DNA from: Leucoraja erinacea
Taxonomy: Eukaryota
Direction: 5' to 3'
Length of the DNA: 64,000 nucleotides
Assembly (NCBI RefSeq): GCF_028641065.1
Contig: NC_073387.1
Location: 15,934,001 to 15,998,000, forward strand
Position 1 is the first letter of the stretch. Every line of letters starts with the position of its first letter. Shown here in pieces: positions 24,936 through 38,735 of the stretch. The position numbers and the translations under genes were made by a program. The notes under the pieces are model-generated. The model was not told where the DNA came from. It ran no database searches and was given only the letters and a program-made list of their open reading frames with translations.

Positions 24936-27900
24936 CACCTGGCTGCTGGAAAACACCAGCACCCTATACTGAGCTGTAGCCACAGTCATGTGAGCCACGG
25001 CTGTGTCCAATTCGCCAGAAATGGATCAACTCACCTGCACCTCAGCCTCCTCTTTATAAATCCAGGCAGTTCCAGCCACAGGGATGGTGATGCTTTCCTT
25101 AAAGCAAGTGGGCATCTTAGATAGGATGAGCAAGAGGTTAAAGATGTCTCCAAATACTCCCGTCACCTAGTCTTTATTGGTCCAGAGGACACAGCTGGGG
25201 ACTCCATCTGGGCCAGGTGCTTTCAGCGTGTTTGGGATGATTCCATTTGCAAGAGAGTGGTCAAGGTGTATGAGGGGAAGTTTATGGTAGATGATAGAAT
25301 AAAATCTGAAATACTAGAAGATAAGAATGCAAACAACTGAATACTAGAAATGTAAGAGGCATGGGTGAAATAGCTCACTATCTAAAATTATTACATTTGA
25401 ACCTGAGTCCTGATGGCCACAATGTGCTGTGTTAAAAGCTGAGGCGATTTCCTTCCATCACTTTGTGGAGCCACAAGGATGGCAGATGCTGGAATCTGGA
25501 TTAAAGCACCAACTGCTAGAGTTGTTATCTTCTGGTTCAGGATCTCAGCCTAAAACGTGACAATCCCTCTGTCACCACAGATGCTGCTTGATCCGATGGG
25601 TTCCTCCAATAGTTTGTTTTTATTCCTTTAAGTTATGTTGGGTTTCCATGGGAACAATGTAGGAAACATAAGAGGAGGCAGACTTAGGGAGGGAGAAGTA
25701 AAATCACCCTTGAAGCACCCTGCACAATCTTGACTACAACCCTGACAGCAACAAACTACTTACGGACGTTGCAGTAATAATGTTGCACTAGATACTTTAG
25801 CTTGCACTATCATGGTCTGGTTTTCCTGGAATAATTAATAATATTATTGGGACAGCAGTTCGCAGGACGACCAAAATGACGGCAACGGCTGCAACAGGCC
25901 TTTGTGGCCAGCTATAGCTGGGACTGCAAAATGGTGCCAAAATGTTGCCCCTTGCATTTGGTCTCAGGGGGCTATTGTGAACATTCTGTACTTACTGGGG
26001 GATTGTGCTCATATCCGGAGATAGTCTTACTGAGCTGTATGTTAAAAAAAAGTATTTCACTGTACCTTGGTACACGTGATAATAAAGAAACCATTGAACC
26101 AGTGACCTTATTATAGATTTATTTGTGTGATTGTTATGTTTAATGTGTCTATAAAGCAGCAGCAAGTAAGATTTTCATTGTTTTGGTCTGGTCATATAAC
26201 ATTTAAACATTCCCGACTTTTGGTAATTCAGTTAGTAACCCATCGTAAACATTAGTTGTCAGGAGGAGATGCCAGAGCCACACACTGAAGCATCGCACCA
26301 CAACCGAATGGGAAGTTTGGGGTTTCCCACAATGTGTTTGCCAGCTTCCTATCGGTGGGCTAGTGGTGAAAATCAGAAGTCTATTGAGTTGATCACATCC
26401 ACTCTGTGTGATGCACTGTGGTGAATGGAATTCAAGAGCAGGTGCCATGTGAAGTGCAGAACTACTATTCATGTCATTTATTCCCATTCTGTTCTCCTGT
26501 TGATGGCACAGCCTCAGCCTTGGAAATGGTTGGAGAACACTTTGGGCCTGGGCTGTTTTCTCACATCTTGGAGGAATGCGAGGTTAATGTGCCAAAGGTC
26601 ATAGGGTGTTTCTGGGTTATAATTTTAGCCGGTGATTTGCCACATGTACACAAACCATAGCATAAAAGAATGGGTCAGGCAGCATCTCTGGAGAACATGC
26701 ATAGGTGATGTTTCAGTCGGGGTCTTTCCTCAGAGTTAGGTAGCAGAATTAATCCAAGGATGAATCCCGACCAAATATATTAATTTAAATTCCCCTAGTT
26801 TTGACAAACTGACCTCACTTCAGGTCATATGATGAACCGTAAAGCAGCCGATGTTGGTTTTAGAGTTACAGCTTGGGCAGTTTGCTGCAGGATAATGAAT
26901 AATGTGGTTCATCACAGACCGTGACATGGTGAGAACTACAGTACGTGACCTTAGAAAAGAGCAGTTATTGTTCAGCATGGGTTTTGTAGTTATAGTTTAA
27001 CTTTTAAACAGATCAGTGACTGAACACTTATGTTTCAGAGATGCTTGAATTTGTTTTTAATTTTAATTTAAAACTGATGAAAAGGGTGTCGTGTTTGGAT
27101 TGGAAATCAGTTACTGGTGTGGTCTCAGTGGGATCAACTATTTACACTGAACATTAACAGTGCACTGTAGATACATGTGTAAATGACTCATATGTTATGG
27201 ATGAGGACACCAACAGTAAGTAAAGCATGGGCTGCGGATCCGGGGATGGGGGCTGCAGCCCTTCCACATTTTTGGGGAGAGACGATTCATAACCCGAAAT
27301 TATCCCGCCCGCAGGTGTATTTTTCTCGTCTTCTGAGGACCTCCGACATCCAGAATCACAGAACAAGTGCAATGATCATTGTTCTTGAGGGAAGGGCACA
27401 TCTTTAGGTGTTGGTTGATTATTGTCCTGTACTGCAGTACAGTGCTAATATTAGTTTTGCATGCTATCCAATCAAATCAGATACTACTATAAAATAAAAC
27501 ATTCAAACAAGCCAAATTCAAGTACAATAAGAAGAAAAGAGGGTTAAAACATTGGGGCGATTATATTGAATGATAGTAGGTCCTCCTCTGTGACCAACAC
27601 ACAAAGACTCGCCACTCTCCGGTGCCATCTTGCATCTCTATGATTCCAGAGGGCAGTCAGAGTTAACTACTTTGTGTGGATCACGACCCCCTTTTAAGCC
27701 TCTTCTCTGGCTATCGGATTTTACCCTTTTTTGGTTCAATGAATATGTGCGACATTTCACACTGATGGAATCTCCATTAAAAATTGTGAAATGAGCAAAG
27801 ATACCTTGCAAGCAGCAACACTAGACTTTAGACATAGAGACACTCAATACAGGAAACCCGCGAGGTTCCCATCGGCAGTTGCATCAGAATCTTGTAAATG

Positions 27901-28764
27901 TTACGTATTTGCTAGGGTAATCACTGGGAAGGGCATCAAACCCTCCCCATGGTGGATAAGCAGCGCTAAATCCAGCTCAACTCTTCCTGTTAACCCACCA
28001 GCCCTATCTGGACTTACGGAATGACAACACAGGTTTATTAATTACCATCCACAGGGCCCACGTGAAGCCTCCGAAGCCTCGCGTGTGTGTGAGTGTTCGC
28101 ATGCGCATGCGGCCGCCAAGACATTGTGTCCCCCCCCCCCCCCCCCCCCCCCCCCCTCGGTCCTCCGGTCCCCCCCATGTTTTGATAGCTATTTCCGTGC
28201 CTGGTGAATGACCAATATACTGTGCACTTCTTACCCAGGCACGTGCCGTGAGTAATTACTCAGGGTCTGCAGTCAGTCGGCTTTTAAAAAAATCTTAAAC
28301 TTTGCATGTGTAGATTGCTCACCTCTCCGTAAAAATAAAAAATAAAAATAAAGAAAGTAACAATTCAATTTGTCCAAGGCTTCCAAATTTCCTTCATTCT
28401 GAATGACTGAATAGGTGAGGGGTGGAGGGTGATGGCAGGTGGAGAGATGGTGAGAAAAACAGGAGCACACCGGGACAAGTTGAATCAGTTGTGATCTTAT
28501 TGAATGACAATACTAGTTCAAGGGACCTATTGGGGGGAGAGTTCCATGTGGGGAGTCTGGCCATGGGTAAAGTTGCGGGGAGGGCAGCAGTGTTGAGAAG
28601 AAAGGGGTCGGGGATCATGCCAGTAACCCACTCACTCACCGCTGCCATGGCGCTCCGGGCGCAGAGCCACCGCATTGTGGCAGGGAAGGGAAGTAGCTTG
28701 TGTGGCTGCGAGTGGCTGCCGAGACCTCAGCGCCTTCTGCTGATCGGCTCACCTCTGCCAGTCT

Positions 28765-28936
28765 CTCATACACTCACACTCATACATTCACACTCAAACT
28801 CACACTCACACATACACTCACACATACACTCACACATACACTTACACATACAATCACACCCTACACTCACACACACATATACACTCACATACACTCACAT
28901 ACAGTCACACACATACACACTCACACACACAGATAT

Positions 28937-28986
<50 letters not shown>

Positions 28987-29445
28987 TCTCACACACACGC
29001 ATATACTCTCTCACACACACACACATGTACACACTAAAAACTCACACTCATACATACACTCACACATACACTNNNNNNNNNNNNNNNNNNNNNNNNNNNN
29101 NNNNNNNNNNNNNNNNNNNNNNNNNNNNNNNNNNNNNNNNNNNNNNNNNNNNNNNNNNNNNNNNNNNNNNNNNNNNNNNNNNNNNNNNNNNNNNNNNNNN
29201 NNNNNNNNNNNNNNNNNNNNNNNNNNNNNNNNNNNNNNNNNNNNNNNNNNNNNNNNNNNNNNNNNNNNNNNNNNNNNNNNNNNNNCAAACGCAGACACAC
29301 AGACACACATTCACACAGACACACACACACAGACACACACTTACATAGACACACAGACACTCACACACACAGAAACTCACACACACAGACATACACACAC
29401 ACAGACACTCACACACACACTCACACAAACACTCACATACCATAT
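28765..29445. repeat. Degenerate (CA)n microsatellite spanning an assembly gap
   Basis: CA-rich repeat on both sides of the N run. Confidence 0.95.
29073..29285. other. Assembly gap
   Basis: Run of N. Confidence 0.99.
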
Positions 29446-30024
29446 ATATGACAGTAAACTTTCTTGAATTTGCTCACACGACCTCTGCACTCATCGGAAA
29501 TTTACGCAATCAGCGAGACCTGTCCACCAAGCGGAAAGCACGAAATGAGAGGGACTTTTGGAGTAAACACTGTCGGACCTAATAACCCATTTATTCCTTC
29601 CAAACAGAGTTCCATATAAAGCACATAACCACATAAACCACATAAACCACATAAAAGGTAGACTCACATTTCAGTAGACTCACAATGTTCTGTAGATTCA
29701 CAGCAGAATGAGAGTCGTGGCCCTTCCCTCGCGATCTTGCAGCGAGACTGAGTACGTCCAGGCAACCGTGTTTTTATAGTCCTGCCCCCTCCCCCCCCCT
29801 CCCCCCCCCCCGCTTCAATCGTGAATTTACTGAGCTAAAAAATGCATTGGATGTGTTTTGACGTAACCTCGTCATTTTAAAGGTTTTTGGAAGGAAGCAA
29901 AATGTCTATGACTATGGGAAATTAGATCATTTACTGTTATGCACAGTTAATGTGTCAATGTTCTTGCATTGCAGCGAAGTTATTGATTTGGTTCACTTTG
30001 GTTTAAGTTAGTTTATTTCAGTTT

Positions 30025-30340
30025 AGAGATACAACAGGGAAATAGGCGATTCGGGCCTCCAATCCTCGCCGACCATAGGTCACCTGTAACTGGACACACT
30101 AGTTTTGTGTTATCACACTTCCTACTTCACTCCTTACACATTGCTGGGAACATATGGAGGCCAATTAAGCCACAACCCCACACAACTTTGGGATGTGGGA
30201 GGAAAAGAGGAGCACCCGGAGGAAATCCACTCGGTCATGGAGAGAATGTGTAAACTCCATACAGATAGTACCCAAGGTCAGGATTGAACCTGGGTCTCTC
30301 GCCCCGTGAGGCAGCAGCTCTTCCAAATGTGCCACTGTGA
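30025..30340 (-). mobile_element. tRNA-derived SINE (HE1-like)
   Basis: ggattgaacctgggtctctc...gtgaggcagcagctc...gccactgtg is the reverse complement of the SINE head at 63251. Confidence 0.75.
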
Positions 30341-30701
30341 TATGGGTGGTTCATGGTGAATTATTGGTTTAGGAGATGTGCTGGAATTGATAATAAAAAT
30401 ACCGTATTTTGTTTAGTAAGTCCAAGATTGAGTGTAAGTTTCTCCTGAGTTCCCATTTTCTTCATTAAACCTTCAGCCACCATCTTCATAATCATCCAAT
30501 TTTTCCGGCATCTTTCTCCAAGTCTAACCTCACAGATTGCACCAAGACCTTTGCAGTCTCAACGAATAACTCACGTGACCTCTCAGTTATCCAAAGCAAA
30601 TTTCTCTACTTGAAGCGATTTTGGTTTGTAATATCATTTTCAGCTATTTGAGCCTACATTATTCCCAAGTAAATACAATCAAAACCATTCCACTTGCATA
30701 G

Positions 30702-30850
30702 TGTTCAAGAAGGAACTGCAGATGCAGGAATAGTGATTATGTTTATTCATTGGTAGGCAAAAATGCTGGAGAAACTCAGCGGTGAGGCATCATCTATGGA
30801 GCGAAGGAAATAGCCGACGTTTCGGGTTGAGACCCTTCTTCAGACTGATG
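30702..30850 (-). mobile_element. Penelope-type short repeat with a hammerhead ribozyme core (30816-30843)
   Basis: Minus strand reads CTGAAGA-a-gggt-ctca-accc-GAAAC-GTC; homologous to 45467-45600. Confidence 0.72.
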
Positions 30851-31896
30851 TGAGGGTGGGAAGGGGGTGGGGGGAAGAAGAAAGAAAGAGAATCAATAAG
30901 CAAAATGGGAGAGTGTGCTATTGCTTGCTGACAAACATATATCAATTGTCAAAGATAGACCAGTGTTTTTGGCCACAAACGAAGGAAAATAACACGACTG
31001 TATAGAAGTATGTACTGGGGAGAGTGACAGGATTGTAGATGTACCTTTGGAAGGACCAAATGTACAGGGACTGTAGGTGGATGGAACAAGGAAATATTAT
31101 AATGATGAGCAATCTGTCAAGATCTAAATAACCCAACTTGTTTGAGAAACTCAGTACAACTGCCTGAAATTTACTTTGTATGTTGTCCTGATCTGAGCCA
31201 TGATCAAGAGAGCAAATAGACCCCAGGTGAAAACCAGATTCAAAACACATATCCCTCCAACATCTCCCTCATTTGTGAGTGCCCACTGAATTAAGTGAGT
31301 GACTTTGTGAGTGCCCACATGCCCCCTGAAATCTGGTGTCTTGAGTAACCACGTACCACATGTAGTGACCCAATCTCATGAAAAAAACTAGCACTGTCTG
31401 CAAACTGGTCCCTAACACATAAACACTGTCACACACCTCTTACATCAAACCCTACAACTCTCCACAGTGTTTATTAGCACCTCCCTTGGTTGTTTGTCTG
31501 AACAGATCTAAGCATGTAGATCTAAGATCTACATATAAAAATACTCATCCCTTAGTCTGCTGAAGCTGCTGGTCTTATAGTGGGTCACAACTGTATTACA
31601 GCCGGCATGTATTCTGGTTGAGCCCCAAATGTTGTGATGACAACAGGCATTCTTTTGCCACACTGTCAGTAGAAGCTCCCTGAACTCAAAGACATTTAGT
31701 TTATTTATTCTGATGAACAAAGAAAACAGCAAATGATTCACTACAGTTTCAAAGGTGACAAAGACGTTGTTTCTTCAATATTTTGAGTCTGTCAAATGGT
31801 TTAAATGAAAGACGTACTTGCAATGGAAGAACAATGTAACTGGCAAGATATTTCTTAACGTTCAGCCATGTTTGCTGGGTAAAAGTAATTAACTGT

Positions 31897-32205
31897 GGGC
31901 AGCACGGCAGCTAAGCGGTGGAGCTGCTGCTTCACAATGCAAGAGACTCGAGTTCAAAGCTGATCTCGGGTGCTGCCTATGTGGCGTTTTTATATTCTCC
32001 TTTTGACTGAACGGGTTTCCTCCAAGTGCTTTGGTTCCCTCCCATATCCCAAATATATGCTGATTTGTAGATCAATTAGTCTCTTTTGAGTAAATTGCCC
32101 CAAACATATAAGGAGCAGACGGGAAAATGGGATAACAAAGAACATTGATCAATAATCAGTGTGGACTCGATGGACCGAAGGGATTGGTTCAGTGAATTAT
32201 CTCTA
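31897..32205 (+). mobile_element. tRNA-derived SINE (HE1-like)
   Basis: gggcagcacgg...ggagctgctgcttcacaatgc...gagttcaaa; body similar to 63251-63550. Confidence 0.72.
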
Positions 32206-34494
32206 AAATAAAAAAATGACTTCTGAGGTCAGAGAGTCCAGACATGCAGAATTGTGAGGACTGACAATTTGGGAACACAAAAATCCCAATTATTGAAGAA
32301 TTAATCCTGTGGCCATGTTTGATGTGCTCAGTGACAAAATAAGTCTGTTTTGGAAGCTTTCTTGATCTCATTAACCATAGTGAAATAAAAGGTCATTAAA
32401 AATGGCTGATGCTAAGTTTGATGCAGACCTGTTAACCTTACCATATTGTCTTACTTTTGCTTGAAACATCAAATCAAATAAGATCGAGTAGAACAAGTTG
32501 TCCTACAACTTTAGGCTGTGCATGCCATACACAAGAAGAAGAAGGCTGCAACATCTCATGGTCAAGTTGGTTTGCAAACCAACTCTCCCGAGCAGTCTCC
32601 TGCTGTGGGGCTGTGACTTGTGCTCTGCAGACAGCACAGTTTGTTTACAAAACTATCCTTTTCAATTCAAAACTAATTACTGCATGTAGCCTACATTTGA
32701 ATTACATTTGAAATCTGTTTTTCATTTGTACTAATGCTTACCTACCACAATAACTTAAAGAATAACTTTGTTGAACAACCTCTATAATGTGTTCGCTGCA
32801 TTCAACTGGGACTGGAGTTGGGGCTGCAGAAAGGCAGGGAGCAGTAGGGGGAGGAGTGGGGTTCAAGCGTTGAATGGTGGACCTCAGTCACCATGGCAAT
32901 GGGTTCATGTGAGAAACTGAATCATTTAACTATTGCAAAAGTATGTGGCTTTTATTTCATTTAAAAATATATTGGGTAATATTCCTGAAAGCATAAACAT
33001 TATCTTTATTAATTTAAGTGTGTCCAACTGAGCTGGTCCAAGGCATGTTTTGGGGTCAGTGACATTCCAATAAGTTTGGGTAGAATTTGGATAAATGCTG
33101 TTTTGAAACTCTTTGATATTGGGCGTTGTTTTCTTTGAACTGCTGATTTCATACAAAGCTGAAAAAATTGACCGCACAGTTCAGTCATTATTTGCTCTTT
33201 GCTTCTAACATAACAGTGAACAGCCAAACTTTCATGGCTTTTGCAAATGACCCATGTGATATTCCACTTATATCAATGTCACTTCATCGACCACACAGTT
33301 ACTGTTCTTTCTCAGAAATCTATTTATGGCAAAATCGCACTGAACAAACATCCTTAACTGCTCCTGACATACTGGAGGACGGGACCGTCTCACATGGCAG
33401 TTCAGAGCCAACCACATTGCTATGGGCCTGGAATCACGTGGATGTCAATTCAGGTGAGTTTTCCTCACCAGAAGGGCATTGTGATCTGGTTGGGTTTGCC
33501 AGCAATCTGGTGTCTTCACAATCACCATCATTGAATCTGGATTCATGAAATAATTATTCATTTTTATATCAATGCCTGAGATTCCAAAGCAATATTAGGA
33601 TTAATATCTCCAGATCGAGAATCAAGCCCTCTTCATATTGAACCACCAGGACACTACACTGTTGTCTCTATAGACTCTCTATTATTTTCTCACTGAGCTG
33701 TGTTTTTCCAAGGTAATACTCTTTGAAAACTGGTGGATAAATTGCTCCCAGTGTCTCAGTAAACAAATGTGCATGTGGAATGGTATAGAAGCTATATAGA
33801 ATGTATATAGAAGAAACACGTTATTCTTAAATTTTGCCAATATGTTAAAACATTTAGTAAAGCTCGCAGATGTCAGCTATTTTTATGTGATCAGAAGTCA
33901 AGGCCCAAAAACATGTTATTGCTTAGTTTATTTTGCTTTAGCTTAAGAACAGCATGGTAACTCAGAGATTGGAGATAAAGGGCAAGGACAGTGAGAGGTT
34001 AAAGTTAGTAAAAACATGCATGCTAAGCAGCCAAAGATAAGAACTGAAATTGTAATAAAACGCTGCTTGAAATTATGGATCAGAGAACATTTGGAGAGTG
34101 GGCAAGCTGTACTATCTCTGAATGTTCCAGGCCCAGATTTGTGCAAATTAAAGGCTTCTCATCTTCTTGAAGAATTCTCCGTGTCTGTGTCATCTTATCA
34201 TTAATTTGAGTCTTGTAAACCATGACAATGTCCACAATGTTTGTGTGTCCAATCCAGAAAATACATGCCCTTTCTGCAAGGACAATCCGCACCCAGAAAT
34301 GCTCGGTCACGTTAGCGGAGTGGCACAAATAGACCCGTAAACTCGTTATAATCCTGTTCAATTCTCACAAATGGTTTTATAAAATGTGAAAGTGCTCAGG
34401 AATATGATTGATTTTCACAATGCAAACTGCTTGATCATTGATCATTAAGTTCCAAATTGTATACGGGTTATGAACAAACAAACTTGGCTGGAGA

Positions 34495-35310
34495 TGGCAA
34501 GCGAAGCTACAGTATGTGTCCTTACTGCAGCATGTGGGAGTTAGTGATCAGTGCAACTCTCTTCGGGATGTCCATGTCTGCATGAAAGGATTCTCGCTTC
34601 ACGCGCTTGGGCTCCACATCAGTGATGTAGTCAACTATTTACAATATATATTAATGATTTAGATGATGGAATTAAAAATACCATTATCAAATTTGCAGAT
34701 GACACAAAGCTGGGTGGCAGTGTGAACTGCGAAGAGGATGCTACAGTTGAGTGAATGGCAGATGCATGGCAGATGCAGTATAATGTAGATAAATGTGAGA
34801 TTATAATGGTGGCAAGAACAAGGAGGCAGATTATTATCTCAATGGTGTCAGATTAGGAAAAAGAGAAGTGCAATGAGACCTGGGTGCCCTTGTACACCAG
34901 TCACTGAAAGTAAACATGCAGGTACAGCAGGCAGTGAAGAAAGCTAATGGCAAGTTGGCCTTCATAATGAGATGATTTGAGTATAGGTCCTTCTGCAGTT
35001 TTTTTTGCACAGTCTAAAAATAAAGGGGAGGCCATTTAAAACTGAGATTAGAAACAACTTTTTCACCCAGAGAGTTGTGAATCTGTGAAATTCTTTGCCA
35101 CTGAAAGCAGTGGAGGCCAATTCGCAGGACATTTTCAAGAGAGAGTTAGATTTAGCTCTTAGGGCTAACAGAGTCAATGGATATGGGGAGAAAGCAGGCA
35201 CGGACTACTGATTGTGGATGATCAGCCATGATCACAATGAATGGCGGTGCGGGCTCGAAGGGCCAAATGGCCTCCTTCTTCCCTATTTTCTATGTTTCTC
35301 TGTTTCTATG
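34495..35310 (+). mobile_element. Internally deleted CR1 (ORF1 zinc-finger remnant joined to RT and 3' end)
   Basis: tgcagcatgtgggag (CSMWE) at ~34525, FADDTKL at ~34693, 3' UTR with tttctatg repeats. Confidence 0.75.
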
Positions 35311-35628
35311 TCAGGTGAGATATGGGAACATGAGGTTAATCACAAGAGGGAGAGGAGAAACTTGGATCATTTTAAACTGAACAATTTCACTCTGTGGATT
35401 TGACAAAAGTAAAGAAAAGAAGGTTGAGGTTGTTAGGAATCTGGGTAGTAGAGATTTAAGAGAGATGGGAAGAGTTTCAATTGACACTGCTCCCTTTACA
35501 AGTGTTGTGATACGTCCAAAATTATAAAGTATTTGTAAGTATTTGAATATCATTAATCAAGCTGTACTTGATTGTACTTGTGTAGCATTTCTTTACTCAT
35601 TCAGATATTCTCGACAATTTGAGCATCA

Positions 35629-36278
35629 TAGAAACATAAAAAAATAGGTTCAGGAGGAGGCCATTCAGCCCTTCGAACCTGCACAGTCATTCATTGTGAT
35701 CATGGCTGGTCGTCCCCAATCAATAACCCGTGCCTGCCTTTTCCCCATATCACTTGATTCCACTAGCTCCAAGAGCTCAATCTAACTCTCTCTTAAATCC
35801 ATCCAGTGATTTGGCCTCCACTGTCCTCTGTGGCAGGGAATTCCACAAGATCACAACTCTCTGGGTGAAAACATTTTTTCTCACCTCAGTCTTAAATGGC
35901 CTCCCCTTTATTCTAAGACTGTGGCCCCTCATCCTTCTAAACTCCAGTGAATACAAGCCTAGTATTTTCAATCTTTCCTCAAATGACAGCCCCGCCATCC
36001 CACGGATCAATCTCGTGAACCTACGCTGCACTGCCTCAATCAAAACGATATCCTTCCTCAAATTATGAGACCAAAACTGTACACAATACTCCTGATGTGG
36101 TCTTACCAGAGGCCTATACAACTGTAGAAGAATCTCTCTACTCTGATACTGAAATCCTTTTGTTATGAAGGCCAACAATCCATTAGCTTTCTTCACTGCC
36201 TGCTGTACCTGCACACCAACTTTCAGTGACCAGTGCACAAGGACATCCAGGCCTCGCTGTACCTCCCCCTTACCTAAC
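35629..36278 (-). mobile_element. CR1 3' fragment
   Basis: ORF 35777-36238 (VRPHQEYC, VILWNSLP); catagaaacata tail. Confidence 0.88.
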
Positions 36279-37897
36279 TGTCAAGGTTAGTGATTTCCCC
36301 CCTCAAGACAATGCTTTCCTAAACCTTTCCGTTCCTTCCGGTGAAAGTACTCCCACAGTTATACTAGGGAGGGAGTTGCAGCATCAAGAAGCAGTATCTA
36401 TAAAGGAAAGGTGATTCATTTCTTGTTATCATGGGGCAAGCAATTCCTGACAGCACAAAACCTCTCCATCAGCGGCAAGGCCCAATTCAGGAGTGTGCAA
36501 TGCCTTGATGAATGAACCTCCAGCGATACTGAAGAAGCTCAACATCATCCAGGACATAGCATGTCCCCATCTACTACTGTAATCTTCGTTGTTTCCACCA
36601 CTTGTGTACCGTGTCTTCGGTCTCAATCAACCACCGCAAGGTGTCTCAATGTTCATTGCCAAGTCCACTTCAATAACACCTCTCATATCAGTGATCCCAT
36701 AAACCAAGAAAGACAATGTCAACAGGCCCATGGGATCACCACATGCTGTGGGTGCCTCTCCGGTCATGACTTGGAAATCCATTGCTGTTCCTTCATTCCT
36801 CTCAAGAGCACTGTGGGAGCATCGTTCACCGGCTAAATAAGGATGTTCACATCCTCATGGGCTAAAAATGGAAGCCTGAGCAGTGATTCCCACATGTTAA
36901 ACAATTGATTTCTAAGCAAACAATCTGGATGGAATCAGAAAGGGCACCTCATCATCAGCTCAGCAGTTAGTCTTGTCCGCATCATGAGAAGAAATCTAAT
37001 GTCTACTTCCTTGATCAGTGTTCACAACTCATTGCCCCCCATATTGTGTGCATTCTGCAGAGAAATAAAGTTCCTTTTTATTGCTGCTTCACCCTCTGTT
37101 TTGATATTTTTCCCAGCTCCTGAATCTTTCTCTTCGTAATTAATTTAATCGCCCCTTGAAACTCACACAGTCGTCACTCTCACATTCTAAACACTGGGAT
37201 CACCAACTGTCTACTCTAGTGCAAATGTCTCTGTTGGGGCACTTGCTGAGTTTCACAGCAGAAGTGAGAACTGGATGTAACACAGATCCTTCCTCTTTTA
37301 CACTGACCTTATCTTCAGAAATACTTCTGTATTTCCCCTTTTCATTTAAAAATAATTCCTTATAATTCTATTTGTGTACTTTAAAAAAAATACTTTGAGA
37401 ACTGACCATATCTGTGTGTGCTGAGGATGTATTTATTATAATGATAGTAACTAACAGAAAGAGTAATTCAAGTATCTTTGTCGGTGATTGGGATAAATTG
37501 TGGCAGATAATCTACAGTGTGGTACAAAAGAGAAGGTTTATTCCAAATAGTTTTTACTTAGTATTCAGCATCAGAGTCAATATTTATTATCCATCCCTAA
37601 CTGCTTTGGAGAAGATGGTGGTGAGATGCCTTCTTGAAGTTCTGCAATACTTTTTATTGAAGATGCTCTCACACAGCTATCAGGACTTAGTCAGAGTCAT
37701 GGAATCATAGAGTCGTACTGCACAGCTGCAACTCGTCCATGCTGATCAAGTTTCCTCATCAAATTTAATTCCATTTGCCGCTTATCGCTCTAAAATGTTC
37801 CTTTCCATGAACCTGTCCAAGTGTCTTTTAATTGAAATTTTAGTATCTGCTTCAACTACCTTCTCTGGCAGCTCATCACATATACCTACTTCCCTTT

Positions 37898-38735
37898 ATA
37901 GACAATAGGTGCAGGAGTAGCCCTTCAAGCCAGCACCTCCATTCAATATGATCATGGCTGATCATCTACAATCAGTACCCCGTTCCTGCCTTCTCCCCAT
38001 ATCCTCTGACTCCACTATTTTTAAGAGCCCTATCTAGCTCTCTCTTGAAAGCATCCAGAGAACCTGCCTCCACCACCCTCTGAGGCAGAGAATTCCACAG
38101 ACTCACCACTGTGAGAAAAAGTGTTTCCTCGTCTCCATTCTAAATGACTTACTCCTTATTCTTAAACTGTGGCCCCTGGTTCTGGACTCCCCCAACATCG
38201 GGAACATGTTTCCTACCTCCAGCATGTCCAAACCCTTAACAAACCTATATGTTTCAATGTGATATACTCTCATCCTTCTAAACTCCAGAGTGTACAGGTC
38301 CCGCTGCTCCATTCTCTCAGCATATGACAGTCCCGCCATCCCGGGAATTAATCTTGTAAACCTACGCTGCACTCCCTCAATAGCAAGAATGTCCTTCCTG
38401 AAATTAGGGGACCAAAACTGCACACAATACTCCAGGTGTGGTCTCACTACGGCTCTGTGCAACTGCAGAAGGACCTATATTCGATTCCTCTTGTTTTAAA
38501 GACCAACATTCCATTTGCTTTCTTCACTTCCTGCTATACCTGCATGCTTACTCATAGACTGATGTACAAGGACCCCCAGATCCCGTTGTACTTCCATTTT
38601 CCCAACGACGCCATTAAGATAGTAAACTGCTTTCCTGCTTTTGCTACCAAAGTGGATAACCTCACATTTATCCGCATTAAACTTCATCTGCCATGCATCT
38701 GCCCACTCCCCCAACCTGTCCAAGGCACCCTGTAG
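37898..38735 (-). mobile_element. CR1 3' fragment
   Basis: ORFs 38103-38462 and 38496-38807 ([18 protein letters not shown]). Confidence 0.88.

Noticed and set aside
27171-27215. Small exon-like segments (also 19502-19563 and ~39720-39811)
   Set aside because: Donor-like sites present but acceptors or context are weak and peptides are uninformative; not supportable without transcript data
28422-29467. Long His/Thr-rich ORFs
   Set aside because: Translation of a CA microsatellite across an N gap
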